Shown piece by piece: positions 10,262-20,304 of a stretch of DNA of 64,000 nt. Location: positions 32,001-96,000 of the forward strand of contig JAJPCT020000018.1 in assembly GCA_021323375.2 (NCBI GenBank), read 5' to 3'. A model generated the notes under the pieces. That model did not search any database. It had not been told where the DNA came from and saw only the letters and a program-made list of their open reading frames with translations. Each line of letters opens with the position of its first letter. Position 1 is the first letter of the stretch. This DNA comes from Candidatus Wolframiiraptor gerlachensis. Its GTDB lineage: Archaea; Thermoproteota; Nitrososphaeria_A; Caldarchaeales; Wolframiiraptoraceae. A program made the position numbers and the translations under genes.

Positions 10262-10667
10262 AATTGTTGCCAGTTGCTTCTCCTACGGCTTCCTGTGCCT
10301 CCCGGAGCTTGAGAGCATCCTCAACCGCCTTCTTAACAACACTCTCCCCGATCTCCCTGAAAGCCCTAACTCTTAGATTCGAGTAGTCCCAGATTATCCT
10401 CCCCTCGGATATAGTGTATGGAGCTTCTATCCTGACTAGATCGCCCTTTGATAATGCGAGATACTTGACGAGGGCCTCATAGAGCACAGAGTTGAGCTCA
10501 CCCGCCGCCCTCGCGACCTCCTCCTTATCTATCTCCCCGGACTTCACCTTCTGGGAGAGCTGGGCGAAAAGAACCCTCCTAACCCTATTCGCATAGGCTC
10601 CCGCGAGGACGACCCCCGTCCTCACAATCTGCTTCTCCTCGGGCCTTCCAGCCCCCTCCATAACCAA
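10245..10667 (-). CDS. DUF2258 / ThermoDBP-related single-stranded nucleic-acid-binding protein
   Basis: TGVVLAGAYANRVRRVLFA, AAGELN..LY, KGDLVRI, IIWDY match the family pattern. Confidence 0.75.
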   Translation of the reverse strand: MVMEGAGRPEEKQIVRTGVVLAGAYANRVRRVLFAQLSQKVKSGEIDKEEVARAAGELNSVLYEALVKYLALSKGDLVRIEAPYTISEGRIIWDYSNLRVRAFREIGESVVKKAVEDALKLREAQEAVGEATGNNSMGSS

Positions 10668-10752
10668 TATCTAATTATGCTATGCAGACTTATAAGTAAT
10701 CGAGACCCTCAAGGCGGAAGATTTACATTATACGTGTAAAATCACTCATCTC

Positions 10753-11400
10753 ATGGCCATTCTCGGCGAGAGGGAGAGAAGATATCTCAGGTCTAGGTTC
10801 GAGAGGGAGCTCTCCGGCAAAGTTAGGCTCATAGTCTTCACGCAGGAGTTCGAGTGTGAGTACTGCGCGGAGGTCAGGAGCCTCGCGGAGGAGATCGCGG
10901 AACTCGATGATAGGATAAGCGCCGAGGTATACGACTTCCAGTCCGATAGAGGGCTCGCGGAGAGGCTTAGGGTGGATAAGATCCCAGCCCTACTCGTCTT
11001 CGGGGAGAAGGAGTATGGCGTCAGGTTTTTCGGGATACCAAGCGGATACGAGTTCATGACGCTTGTTGACGACATTATCCAGGTCTCCAGGGGGTTCTCA
11101 AGCCTCCCAGCACACCTCAAGGAGAAGGTTAAGCAAATTGATCGCCCAGTCCATATCCAGGTCTTCGTTACGCCAACATGCCCCTACTGCCCGATAGCCG
11201 TTAGAACAGCACATCAGATGGCGATAGAGAACATGAACATAACCTCGGACATGATCGAGGTCCTCGAGTTCCCCCACCTCGCCCACAAATACCAAGTCAT
11301 GGCAGTCCCAAAAATAGTGATCAACGACAAGATAAGCTTCGAGGGAGCACTACCGGAGACACTATTCGTGGAGCATGTTCTCGCCGCTGTGAGGGATTAA
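10753..11400 (+). CDS. Protein disulfide oxidoreductase (two thioredoxin folds)
   Basis: CEYC and CPYC active sites, FFGIPSGYEF, cis-Pro AVP. Confidence 0.92.
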   Translation: MAILGERERRYLRSRFERELSGKVRLIVFTQEFECEYCAEVRSLAEEIAELDDRISAEVYDFQSDRGLAERLRVDKIPALLVFGEKEYGVRFFGIPSGYEFMTLVDDIIQVSRGFSSLPAHLKEKVKQIDRPVHIQVFVTPTCPYCPIAVRTAHQMAIENMNITSDMIEVLEFPHLAHKYQVMAVPKIVINDKISFEGALPETLFVEHVLAAVRD

Positions 11401-11435
11401 GCTTAACAAGGCCCAAGCCAAGATCTTTATGAGTA

Positions 11436-11804
11436 ATGTCCCTCGCAAGAATCCCCGTGAAGATTGAGATAGAGGGTCTTGGCGAGTTGGATGGCGAGCT
11501 GATTAGGTTTTATGCACCACTCACGGTCAGCGCTCTCGTCAAAATGCTCCCGATAGGTGGTGCTATAGCCAAATGGGATTACGCAATATACTTTCAGGTC
11601 CCGCTTGAGAGGGGGGCGGAGAAGCCCGTGAACCGCGTGAGCGCCGGCGACATCCTCTACTGGCCACCTAGAAGCTGCATAGCACTAGCGTTCGCGGACG
11701 TTACTCCGCCAGCCCAGATGATCAAGATCGGCAGATATCGAGCCGACTATGAGAGGATTAAGTTAGCCCAGGTTGGGTCGAGGATAACAATCAGGAGGAC
11801 CTAG
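11436..11804 (+). CDS. Cyclophilin-like fold protein (DUF369/TM1367-like)
   Basis: APLTV..L...LP, W...IYF, AGDILYWPP. Confidence 0.75.
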   Translation: MSLARIPVKIEIEGLGELDGELIRFYAPLTVSALVKMLPIGGAIAKWDYAIYFQVPLERGAEKPVNRVSAGDILYWPPRSCIALAFADVTPPAQMIKIGRYRADYERIKLAQVGSRITIRRT

Positions 11805-11809
11805 GCAGC

Positions 11810-12154
11810 CTACTTCTTCTTCGGCTTCTTCGCCTTAACCTCGGCTAGAGCCTCCTTGACCGGCGCGTATATCTTGAGCCTCCTATTCCCGACGACGAGC
11901 CTGACGAATCCCTTTCCAGCGAGGTCGCGGAGAACCTGTCTAGCGATCGAGATCCTCACTCCGAATTTGTCCGCCAGTAGATTCGGCGTAACATATGGTT
12001 GTTCCCTGAGAAACTCTATGACATCATCGATGGGCGGTGGGATGATGCTGGCGACAGCCTTCTCCCTCGCCTCGGAGACGGCGGCCGCTCCACCCTCCCG
12101 CGCACGCGCAGTCTTCTTCTCAAGTTGGCTCATGCTCGGCTTCTTCGGAGGCAC
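11810..12154 (-). CDS. rps25e: 30S ribosomal protein S25e (start placed at GTG 12154)
   Basis: Basic N-terminus KKPSMSQLEK; winged-helix YVTPNLLADKFGVRISIARQVLRDL. Confidence 0.88.
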   Translation of the reverse strand: MPPKKPSMSQLEKKTARAREGGAAAVSEAREKAVASIIPPPIDDVIEFLREQPYVTPNLLADKFGVRISIARQVLRDLAGKGFVRLVVGNRRLKIYAPVKEALAEVKAKKPKKK

Positions 12155-12255
12155 AGCCACACCTCCCAGCTGAAGGGGGACGATACCCCCCATAAATATT
12201 TTGTAGCGTCCGAGGCAATAGTCTAATCCAGCTGGGCGTCGTAATTATTCTCGGC

Positions 12256-13086
12256 TTGAGGCTGAAGGACTACCTTGCTCAGAATATTCAGGGTGTTCCG
12301 GCGGAGTATCTCCCATCTCATGCAAAGCTGATGGATCGTGTGGCTCTTGTCAGGCTGAGGGAGGAGGTCAAGGGCCTTAAACGCGAGATAGGGAACCTCA
12401 TCCTCAGATTCTATAACGTGCGGGCGGTATATCTTGTGCGGGGTGTCGAGGGCGTTGAGAGGCGTCCACGCCTCGAGCTCATAGCCGGGGAGCCCATCCG
12501 CGAGGTAACCCATCGAGAATATGGCTGCATCTTCAGGCTAGATATCGTGAGGCTCATGTTCTGCCTCGGCAACAGTTTCGAGAGGCTTAGGCTCGCAGGC
12601 CTCGTGTCGGATGGTGAGATCGTGGTCGACATGTTCGCCGGGATAGGGCAGTTCACGATCCCGATAACGGTCATCGCGAACCCGGAGAAGGTCTACGCGA
12701 TAGAAATAAACCCGGAGGCATATGCCTACCTCGCCGAGAACATTAGGCTGAATGGGGTTGAGGATAGGGCTCAGCCGATTCTCGGGGATTGTAGGAGGGT
12801 TGCCGAGGAGGAGCTGCGCGGCATCGCGGACCGCGTCATCATGGGCTACTTCTGGGGCACGATCGAGGCTCTCAGCCCAGCCCTAGGAGCCCTCAAGCCC
12901 GAGGGGGGAATAATACATTTCCATGACCTCGCGAGAAGAGGTGGTGAGAGGGAGTTCGTCGAGAATGTATTGGAGAGGGCGAGACGGATGGGATATAGGG
13001 TCGAGCTCCTAGGGTGGAGGCGGGTCAAGAGCTACTCGAGGACGAGAAACCACGTGGTGATAGATTTCTTCGCGACGCGTATCTGA
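12256..13086 (+). CDS. Trm5/Taw2 (Met-10+) family SAM-dependent tRNA G37/wyosine modification enzyme
   Basis: HREYGCIFRLD, MFxxGNxxERxR (Taw2-like), VVDMFAGIG, ADRVIMG. Confidence 0.85.
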   Translation: MRLKDYLAQNIQGVPAEYLPSHAKLMDRVALVRLREEVKGLKREIGNLILRFYNVRAVYLVRGVEGVERRPRLELIAGEPIREVTHREYGCIFRLDIVRLMFCLGNSFERLRLAGLVSDGEIVVDMFAGIGQFTIPITVIANPEKVYAIEINPEAYAYLAENIRLNGVEDRAQPILGDCRRVAEEELRGIADRVIMGYFWGTIEALSPALGALKPEGGIIHFHDLARRGGEREFVENVLERARRMGYRVELLGWRRVKSYSRTRNHVVIDFFATRI

Positions 13087-13133
13087 GTCTTCGGCAAAGC
13101 TTATTACCGGTGGATCTGCGGGATAGCAGTGTA

Positions 13134-14115
13134 ATGCCCGGCGGGATTTCTAGGAGGAGGTTCATGAAGCTTCTAGGCGGAGCTGCTGCCGCCATAGGCT
13201 TAGCATCACTCGGATATTCGCTGGGATGTTTTAGCGCCGGTGAGAGGGCTACCCTTGGGAGGAGCGTTAGCGGGAAATACTTCACCACCCTCGAGAGGCC
13301 GCTGGTATCGCTGGTTAAGGGCCGCGATGTTGATGCAATGGTGAGGAGGGCAATCGAGGCCATCGGAGGGGTCGAGGCGCTTGTGAGCCCGGATTCCAAG
13401 GTTCTGATAAAGTCTAATGTCGGCTTCAATAGACTGAGGCCGTAACATCGCCGGAGGTGCTGAGAGCTGTGATAGAGGTTGTCAAGGATGCCGGCCCCAG
13501 GGAGATAATAGTGGCTGAGAGCGCCGTCCGCGGCTATAATACATCTAGCAACTTCGAGGCAACCGGGGTAGCTGATGTGGTGAGGGGGCTTGGCGTGCGC
13601 TTAGTGGACTTGGATAAGAGTAGCGAGGTCGTCAAGGTTAAGACCTTGGGAAGGCTCCTTGGCGAGGTCAGCATCTTCAAGCTAGCATATGATGCTGATG
13701 TCATAATAAGTGTCCCGAAGCTTAAGAGGCACTCTCAAGCAATTGTCACGATCTCCATGAAGAATATGATGGGGATTCTGCCGGGTGATCAGAAGGGCAT
13801 GTTCCACGTGTTGGGGCTGCAGCAGTGTATAGCCGATCTGAACACCGTGTTCAGGCCGGATCTGGCGATAGTTGACGCGACCGAGGTCATGACGGTCAGC
13901 GGGCCGGGGATGGGCAGGATGGTTCCGGGAGAAGCAATTCTAGTGAGCAGGGACCCGGTAGCGCTGGACCTCATAGCAGCTGAATACCTCTTTAGGCTCG
14001 AGGGAGATGAGAACCCGCTTGAGACAGCATTAAATGTGCCGCATATCCGGCCGAGCTCGGCATAGGCATAAACGACCCATCGAGAATACGCGTGGTCGAG
14101 GAGAAGACGAGTTGA
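13134..14115 (+). pseudogene. Tat-exported DUF362 family lipoprotein with two frameshifts
   Basis: Twin-arginine SRRRFMK and lipobox SLGC. First shift ~13434-13436 (NR/EAVTSPEV); DUF362 core VPKLKRH, TISMKNMMG, DPVALD. Second shift ~14050 restores AELGIGINDPSRIRVVEEKTS* ending at 14115. Confidence 0.8.
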
Positions 14116-14723
14116 CCACACGAAGAGAATTATTCAGGATGATGCTGGGGCTCCTCTTCATCCCATTAGCCGGCGGTTTTCTCTCGATGCTACCGGGCGG
14201 AAGGGTAGTGCGGCCCCCGGGCGCCGTAGACGAGAGGCTCTTCCTAGAGCTCTGCACACGCTGTGGAATATGCGTGAAGGCATGCTCCAGTGAGGGGAGG
14301 GGCACACTCGAGCCCTGCGGGCTCCTGGATGGAGTGTCCATGATGGGCACGCCCAAGGTCAATCCTCTGAGAGCTCCCTGCGAGTCCCGATATGGGATGT
14401 GTGAGGGCAGGCTTCCATGCGTCAGGTCCTGCCCCACAGGAGCCTTGAGATGGATCGAGCCCGAGGAGATAAAGTTAGGATCTGTTAGCTGGAGCCCTGA
14501 TCGCTGCATCGCGGTTCTTGGGGGCGAGTGCCTGGTCTGCGCTGAAGTATGTCCGGCGCCCGGCGCGATAACCCCGAGAAATGGGATCCCGGTCTTCCAT
14601 AGCAATAGGTGCGTGGGGTGTGGGCGATGCGTCTACGCATGTCCAGCCGATCCAAAGGCATTAAACCTCATGCCTGAGGGAGAGAGGAGGCATCATTGGG
14701 ATCGAGCAGGTTTCTCAAGATAA
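14112..14723 (+). CDS. NapG/MauM-like polyferredoxin with twin-arginine-like N-terminus (start TTG 14112)
   Basis: TRRELF, RPPGA..E..F...CTRCGICVKAC, GTP, CVRSCPTGAL, CVGCGRCVYACP. Confidence 0.85.
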   Translation: MTTRRELFRMMLGLLFIPLAGGFLSMLPGGRVVRPPGAVDERLFLELCTRCGICVKACSSEGRGTLEPCGLLDGVSMMGTPKVNPLRAPCESRYGMCEGRLPCVRSCPTGALRWIEPEEIKLGSVSWSPDRCIAVLGGECLVCAEVCPAPGAITPRNGIPVFHSNRCVGCGRCVYACPADPKALNLMPEGERRHHWDRAGFSR

Positions 14724-15475
14724 ACCTGCTAACGGTCGCGGCGGTCATAGCCGCCTACGTGATCCTAAATTCATTCGGCGTGGCTTGGGGTGGATACTGC
14801 CTACTATCCCTCGGCAACATCCTCTTCATCTGCCCGCTGGGCTTTTTCCAGCGCCCAAGCCTTGTTGAGGCCACCACCCACACAACCCTCATAGGCCTAG
14901 CGATCACGTTGGCTCTAATCGCGCTGCATGGAAGGATCTTCTGCGGCTGGATATGTCCCATAGGGATAGGACTCCGCCTCCTGAAACACGATAAGGGTAA
15001 TGGCCGCGGGATAATCCTCGTATTCTCGATAAGCATGGCCTCGATGCTTATCACATCATGGATTCTAGGCTTCCCAATATTCTGCCTCGTATGCCCGATC
15101 GGGATCGTGAGCAGGATTATCGCCTCCGCCCTAGCTGGATCACTCGACTTATGGAGCATACTTTGGGGGATAATTATATTCGCGGTGATAACGCTAGTGC
15201 TTAGAATACGTAATTGGTGTGGTGGTGTATGCCCGCTAGGCGCTCTCCAAGCACTCCTAAGCCCCCTCAAGATACTGAGGATAAAGGTGAGCAGTAGATG
15301 CACGAGGTGCAGAATCTGCGCGAGAAGCTGTCCACTAGGCCTAGAAATACATGAGGACAGGGTGATTGATTACATGAGCTGCACGGCTTGCATGAAATGT
15401 ATTGCAGAGTGCCCCTTTAAGGCGCTAAAGCCCGCCCTGAGCAGCCCATTATCCTCCATGAGGTCGAGAGGTTAG
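14696..15475 (+). CDS. NapH/MauN-like membrane [4Fe-4S] protein
   Basis: GRIFCGWICPIG, WCGGVCPLG, C-terminal 2x[4Fe-4S] motifs, several TM helices. Confidence 0.85.
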   Translation: MGSSRFLKINLLTVAAVIAAYVILNSFGVAWGGYCLLSLGNILFICPLGFFQRPSLVEATTHTTLIGLAITLALIALHGRIFCGWICPIGIGLRLLKHDKGNGRGIILVFSISMASMLITSWILGFPIFCLVCPIGIVSRIIASALAGSLDLWSILWGIIIFAVITLVLRIRNWCGGVCPLGALQALLSPLKILRIKVSSRCTRCRICARSCPLGLEIHEDRVIDYMSCTACMKCIAECPFKALKPALSSPLSSMRSRG

Positions 15476-15517
15476 TTGCTGGATCTCAAGACAATGCTTA
15501 GATAATTATGCTTCGGC

Positions 15518-15952
15518 TTAGATAATTATGCTCGCGGCGTTGGCTATTCTGGGCCAGCGTTCAGCAGCCTCCCTGGCCACGGGCCCCTTGATCTCTGTCG
15601 CCTTGAGATCTCCCTCAGGCGTTACTAGGACCGCTGCAGTATCCTCAAACATTATCCATGTTCCATCAGGCCTACGATACGGCTTCCTCTGCCTTATTAT
15701 CACGGCATGCATCGGCTTCTTCCTAAGGTCTATCGGCCCCTTCTTCACTGTGACCGAGACTAGGTCTCCGACGGCGGCGCATGGATGCCTCCCCCTCCTA
15801 GTCTTAATGCCATGTACTTGGATTATTTTGAGGAGCTGGGCTCCCGAGTTATCGGCGCATGGGATGAGAGAGCCCACGTTAATAGTCCTTGGCAGGTCAG
15901 GCCTCCTCTCGAGAATTCCTACAGCCGCGACCGCCCTACTCCTCTTGGACAT
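15518..15952 (-). CDS. rpl14: 50S ribosomal protein L14
   Basis: CADNSGA, VGDLVSVTVKKG, IRQRKPYRR, IKGPVAREAAERWP. Confidence 0.97.
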   Translation of the reverse strand: MSKRSRAVAAVGILERRPDLPRTINVGSLIPCADNSGAQLLKIIQVHGIKTRRGRHPCAAVGDLVSVTVKKGPIDLRKKPMHAVIIRQRKPYRRPDGTWIMFEDTAAVLVTPEGDLKATEIKGPVAREAAERWPRIANAASIII

Positions 15953-15993
15953 ACTGCACCACCTCCCCTAGGATTTCCGGGGCTTTTTAAGGA

Positions 15994-16338
15994 TCACTTC
16001 TCCTCAAGCTTCTCAATAACCACGAAGTGGACGGTCTTGCTGAGAGGCCTACATTCCGCGATCCTCACCTTATCCCCCTCCTTGACATCTATGCATGGCG
16101 GGAGGTGTGCGGGTATATTGCTCCTCCTCCGCTCATATCTTTTATACTTCCTCACGTAATGGAGATACTCCCGCCTAACGATGATCGTCCTAGTCATCCT
16201 CTTCTTATAGACGACCCCAGTGAGGATTATCCCCCTAACCTTCAAGTGGCCGTGGAATGGGCATCTCGGGTCATCGCACTCCCTCTCCGGGGGCTTGACC
16301 GGTAGCCCGATGTCCTTTGCAGGCATACTCACACTCAC
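15994..16338 (-). CDS. rps17: 30S ribosomal protein S17
   Basis: [27 protein letters not shown]. Confidence 0.97.
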   Translation of the reverse strand: MSVSMPAKDIGLPVKPPERECDDPRCPFHGHLKVRGIILTGVVYKKRMTRTIIVRREYLHYVRKYKRYERRRSNIPAHLPPCIDVKEGDKVRIAECRPLSKTVHFVVIEKLEEK

Positions 16339-16405
16339 TCTCCTCCTCGAGTCGCTAGCGCTGGCACCGACTCGGAACAGCCTCTTAATAATGTTTCCAG
16401 CCCTC

Positions 16406-16693
16406 CTACCATCTCCTCAGCCTCCTCTTCAGCCTCTCCTCCGGCCTGCCGACAAGAACCCTTCCATCCACAAGGACCTTCTCGCCCGATGGGAGCTCGA
16501 AAATGAACCTGTAGGCGTTCTTCGGCAGGCTCACGATCCTGCCATCATCCATCAACATCTTGAGCATGTTCCTCGTCTCGCCCACGATCTCACCGACATG
16601 CGTGAATCCTCCCTTCAGGGGCTTAGCCCTGGCCCTCAACCCCAGAAGCTCATGCCTCGCCAAATTTCTCGGCGTAAGCGTCCTAGACCTCAT
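16406..16693 (-). CDS. rnp1: Ribonuclease P protein component 1 (Rpp29/Pop4); start placed at ATG 16693
   Basis: [38 protein letters not shown]; conserved position upstream of rps17. Confidence 0.92.
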   Translation of the reverse strand: MRSRTLTPRNLARHELLGLRARAKPLKGGFTHVGEIVGETRNMLKMLMDDGRIVSLPKNAYRFIFELPSGEKVLVDGRVLVGRPEERLKRRLRRW

Positions 16694-16719
16694 CACGAGG
16701 AAACTGGGATTCAAGCAGC

Positions 16720-17442
16720 TTAAATCTCGATCGGAAGATCACTATTCAAGAGGATTATTGAGGAGCCCGTCGGCTCATATACCATCTGGATAGCTTTGAT
16801 CTCGAGCCCAGCTTCATGAGCCCTCGTGATAAGCCCGCATAATGCTGGATCCGCCTCATGGTTTAGCTTAAAGCCCTTGACATGGGGGAGGGCTGCGATG
16901 AATAGGATGACCGCCCGGCCGCCGCGCTCGACGTGCTCAAGCATCCCCTTCACCTGTCTCACAGCCCTACTTGATGGGCAGTCGGGGTAGGAGGCATAAT
17001 TGCCGAGCCTTAGAACAGCGCTCTTAAGCTCCAAGAGCATATCACCCAGCTCACAGGACACGAGATAGTCTATCCTAGTCCCAGCTAGAGGGATGTCCCT
17101 TCTCAATATCCGGCAGCCCCTGAGCCATGGTACGAGGCCTTGTTTAACGGCCTCCTCGAAAGCCCTTGACTGGAGATGCGTGTCAACGATGGCGGCGAGA
17201 TCATCCTCTAGGATCGCGAAAAGCCTTCTCGAGAGCTTTCCAGGCCTCTTAACCGGGATGCAGAAGCCCCTCCTCCCGCGCGTCATGTATTCTAGAAGCC
17301 TCCCAGTATTCTGGAGAAATGCGAGGCTCTCTCGGCCCTCAGCCTCAACCCTAACAGTGAACCTGTTCAGCCTCTCCAGTATCAAGCACTCCTCAACGCC
17401 CTGTAAAGCCAGTAGCTTAGGATATTCCCGGATCGTGGTCAA
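16720..17442 (-). CDS. sfsA: SfsA family DNA-binding / PD-(D/E)xK nuclease-like protein
   Basis: RLNRF, NTGRL, RIDY, ELKS, YPDCPSSRA. Confidence 0.88.
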   Translation of the reverse strand: MTTIREYPKLLALQGVEECLILERLNRFTVRVEAEGRESLAFLQNTGRLLEYMTRGRRGFCIPVKRPGKLSRRLFAILEDDLAAIVDTHLQSRAFEEAVKQGLVPWLRGCRILRRDIPLAGTRIDYLVSCELGDMLLELKSAVLRLGNYASYPDCPSSRAVRQVKGMLEHVERGGRAVILFIAALPHVKGFKLNHEADPALCGLITRAHEAGLEIKAIQMVYEPTGSSIILLNSDLPIEI

Positions 17443-17448
17443 AGCCTT

Positions 17449-18657
17449 TCAAGATTGCTCGAGAAGCTTTCTAACACCATCCCTAATTCTTCGGGCATCC
17501 TCCTCACTTGGAGAGCCCTTGAACTCGACCGCCCCGACGATCTTGAAGCCGGCGGCCGCCAATTTTTCCGAGAGCCTCCTAGCAACGGCGCCAGCCCATC
17601 CATATGATCCCAAGATGAGCACGGGCTTTGGCGGAATCTTCTTGACAATTAGATCCACAAGATTGTCGATTAACGGGTAGACCCCTGCCTCATATGTGGG
17701 CGCGGCTAGTATGATGGCCCTCGAGTCAATAGCATCTCCTATAATCTCCGAGAATGGCGGCTGCTCCAAGTCGTTGAACCAGTAGGATGCGGCTCTTCCC
17801 CCGAGCCTCTCAACCTCCTCCACCGCGATTCTCGCAGCCTCCCCCATCAACCCGTACATGGAGCCGGAGACAACCAAGATCTTATTGCCATCGGGGTGTC
17901 CTTCGGCCAAGCTCCTGTAATAATCTATGATCAGCTGCGGATTCCTCCTCCAGACAAGCCCATGAGCCGGGGCCACAATACTGATATCCAGCTGAAGCCC
18001 CTGGAGCTTCTCGATATTCCGGATTATGTGCTGCCTGTAGAATCCTATCACGGTTGCGACATACTTCCTAACACTTGGCAGATACTCCCGGACAACCTCA
18101 TCATTATCATCGAATATCGTTCTCGGGATCGAGTATCCGCCGAAGGCATCGCATGGTATCAGTATCTTATGGCCCACTAGATAGCTCATCATGGTCTCGG
18201 GCCAATGCAGCCACGGCGTGTGGATAAGCCTAATCCTCTCACCAGCTGCCGAGATCTCCTCTCCATCCCTCACCAGCCTGAACTTCGGAGATATCTTGTA
18301 GAAGGACCCGATCATGGGCTTAGCGATGGGATGGGCAACTACCTCAGCTCTAAATCCATTCGCCTCAAGAACCTTGGGCAGCGAGCCCGAGTGATCTGGC
18401 TCAACATGATGAACAATCACATGCGTAAGATCGCGGGGGCTCATAATCCCCCCAATCACCTCGATAAGATCATCGGCGTAAACAGTCTTCCATCCATCGA
18501 ATAAAACAGCCCCATCATCCCCGACGAGGAGATACGCGTTATAAGTCACCCTCTCGGGAATGCTCCAGATGCCCTCAAAGTAATTAACCCTCTCATCATC
18601 AACCCTCAGCAGATAGAAGCCGCGCTCAATCTCCTGACATAGGATCCTAAGGCTCAT
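17449..18657 (-). CDS. fprA: Flavodiiron protein FprA (O2/NO reductase)
   Basis: TYNAYL, HxEPDH, LHWPET, CDAFG, PAHG; flavodoxin domain SMYG, APTY, GSYGW. Confidence 0.95.
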   Translation of the reverse strand: MSLRILCQEIERGFYLLRVDDERVNYFEGIWSIPERVTYNAYLLVGDDGAVLFDGWKTVYADDLIEVIGGIMSPRDLTHVIVHHVEPDHSGSLPKVLEANGFRAEVVAHPIAKPMIGSFYKISPKFRLVRDGEEISAAGERIRLIHTPWLHWPETMMSYLVGHKILIPCDAFGGYSIPRTIFDDNDEVVREYLPSVRKYVATVIGFYRQHIIRNIEKLQGLQLDISIVAPAHGLVWRRNPQLIIDYYRSLAEGHPDGNKILVVSGSMYGLMGEAARIAVEEVERLGGRAASYWFNDLEQPPFSEIIGDAIDSRAIILAAPTYEAGVYPLIDNLVDLIVKKIPPKPVLILGSYGWAGAVARRLSEKLAAAGFKIVGAVEFKGSPSEEDARRIRDGVRKLLEQS

Positions 18658-18714
18658 ACCGCATTGACAGCCTCCTATAAGGGAAAGGTCAAATTACTAT
18701 GTAATAAAAATTGC

Positions 18715-18732
18715 GAGAGAAAAAGAAGGGAG
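18715..18732 (-). terminator. Candidate oligo-T terminator after dfx
   Basis: Minus strand CTCCCTTCTTTTTCTC immediately after the dfx stop, followed by TATA-like TTTTATTA upstream of fprA. Confidence 0.45.
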
Positions 18733-19110
18733 TTACTTGGTCTTCCAGAGTCCGTGGATGTTGCAGTATTCTCTGGCTGAGAGCTTCTCAGCCTTGACTG
18801 GGAAATCCGCCTCCGGAGCGTCGCCCGGCTTCAGGAACTTTATGTAGATCCTGTCGTCAGCGGTTAGCTCGATCCACTCGATGTAATGCTTCATCTCCAT
18901 GGGGTGGGGTATTGAGCCGACCCTCACCTTTACCCCGGTCTCGGTCTTCTCTATCACGGGGACATGCTTCTCCATCCCAACATCCTCGGTCTTCTCCTCT
19001 AGCAGCTGCATTGGCTGGCCGCAGCATACGAGCGTGCCGACGCTTGGATGCATTACCATAACGATGTTACCGCAGACATTGCACCTGTATACCTGGAGCC
19101 TCTGAGTCAT
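18733..19110 (-). CDS. dfx: Desulfoferrodoxin (class I superoxide reductase)
   Basis: Desulforedoxin CNVCGN...CCGQPM; [22 protein letters not shown]. Confidence 0.96.
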   Translation of the reverse strand: MTQRLQVYRCNVCGNIVMVMHPSVGTLVCCGQPMQLLEEKTEDVGMEKHVPVIEKTETGVKVRVGSIPHPMEMKHYIEWIELTADDRIYIKFLKPGDAPEADFPVKAEKLSAREYCNIHGLWKTK

Positions 19111-19122
19111 GTTATCCCACCA

Positions 19123-19542
19123 CTAGATCTCCTCTAGGAGGCTTGTGAAGAAATCGTGATGTCCCTCCTCATCGGCGAGGATTTTCTCGAAGAGTGTTGC
19201 TGTTGTTATGTCTCCCAGCTCCCGCGCCTTCTGGATAATCTGCTTGTACAGCTTTATCGCATATTCCTCATCGCGGGCATCCTGCTCGATCATCTCCTTG
19301 AGTGTTTCTCCGACCTTTATTGGATCTGGCTGGGTTGTTGGGATCCCGCCGAGATAGTATAGCCTCTCCGCGATCATCTCAGCATGCTTCATCTCTGTTA
19401 TCGCGATCTTCTTCAGCTCATCACTAACAGCGAATGCCTTGACGCCCCTCCATTGGACATGCTGCCACATGTATTGGATCGAGACTTGAAGCTCCCTAGC
19501 GATCGCCTTGTTAAGTAGGTCAAGGAGCTCCTTGGATGGCAT
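19123..19542 (-). CDS. Bacterioferritin-like ferritin-family protein (start ATG 19542)
   Basis: Ferroxidase ligands EL..QY, EMKHAE..AER, DE..AI..Y, DEEGH. Confidence 0.88.
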   Translation of the reverse strand: MPSKELLDLLNKAIARELQVSIQYMWQHVQWRGVKAFAVSDELKKIAITEMKHAEMIAERLYYLGGIPTTQPDPIKVGETLKEMIEQDARDEEYAIKLYKQIIQKARELGDITTATLFEKILADEEGHHDFFTSLLEEI

Positions 19543-19570
19543 GATGCCCACTACCTGCGTTTCATAGGAT

Positions 19571-20230
19571 TTAAGGCTTCTTGTAGCAGAACCACCAGTC
19601 GTAGCACTCGATCTCCTTCGCTTTCGCCCTCTCCAGCCTCTCCTTGGCGGTCTTCTCATCACGCGGCGGTGGTATTATCACCTTGTCCCCAATCAGCTCG
19701 TTATTTGGCCAGTTTGCCGGCAGCGCCACCTTCTTCTCATCCGAGACTTGGAGGGCTTTAACGAGCCTTAGGATCTCATCCATGTTTCTGCCGACCTCTT
19801 GCGGGTAGTAGAGGATCGCCCTGATAACGCCCTCGGGGTCAATTATAAAGACTGCTCTAACGGTGTTCGTCCCCTTGCCGGGATGAATCATGCCTAGCAT
19901 GCATGCTATCTTCCCCTGGTCATCGGCGATTATCGGGAACTGTATCTCGACGCCGAGCTTCTCCTTGATCCACTCCACCCATTTTATGTGGCTGAATACT
20001 TGGTCTATGCTGAGGCCTATGAGCTCGCAGTCCAGCTTCTTGAACTCCTCATATCTCTTCTGGAATGCTACGAACTCCGTTGTGCAGACGGGCGTGAAGT
20101 CGGCTGGATGCGAGAATAGCACGACCCACTTTCCCTTATAGTCATCTGGAAACTTAATCACGCCATGCGTTGTCTGGGCTTCAAATCTCGGAACCTTTTC
20201 TCCCAATAACGGAATACGAACTTGCTCCAT
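19571..20230 (-). CDS. Peroxiredoxin (Prx6 / archaeal TdxH type; start ATG 20230)
   Basis: [25 protein letters not shown]-terminal CYDWWFC. Confidence 0.95.
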   Translation of the reverse strand: MEQVRIPLLGEKVPRFEAQTTHGVIKFPDDYKGKWVVLFSHPADFTPVCTTEFVAFQKRYEEFKKLDCELIGLSIDQVFSHIKWVEWIKEKLGVEIQFPIIADDQGKIACMLGMIHPGKGTNTVRAVFIIDPEGVIRAILYYPQEVGRNMDEILRLVKALQVSDEKKVALPANWPNNELIGDKVIIPPPRDEKTAKERLERAKAKEIECYDWWFCYKKP

Positions 20231-20261
20231 TTCCACCACCTCACTTCGCATTACGTATATA

Positions 20262-20304
20262 TTATGGTCGAAACCATAAATTTTATGGTTCGAATATCGA
20301 ACCA
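20262..20304. promoter_or_regulatory. Two palindromic candidate Lrp operators at the prx/lrp divergent promoter
   Basis: TTATGGT-CGAA-ACCATAA (20262-20279) and TGGTTCGA-ATA-TCGAACCA (20286-20304), adjacent to TATA-like TATATATTAT (20256-20265). Confidence 0.6.
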
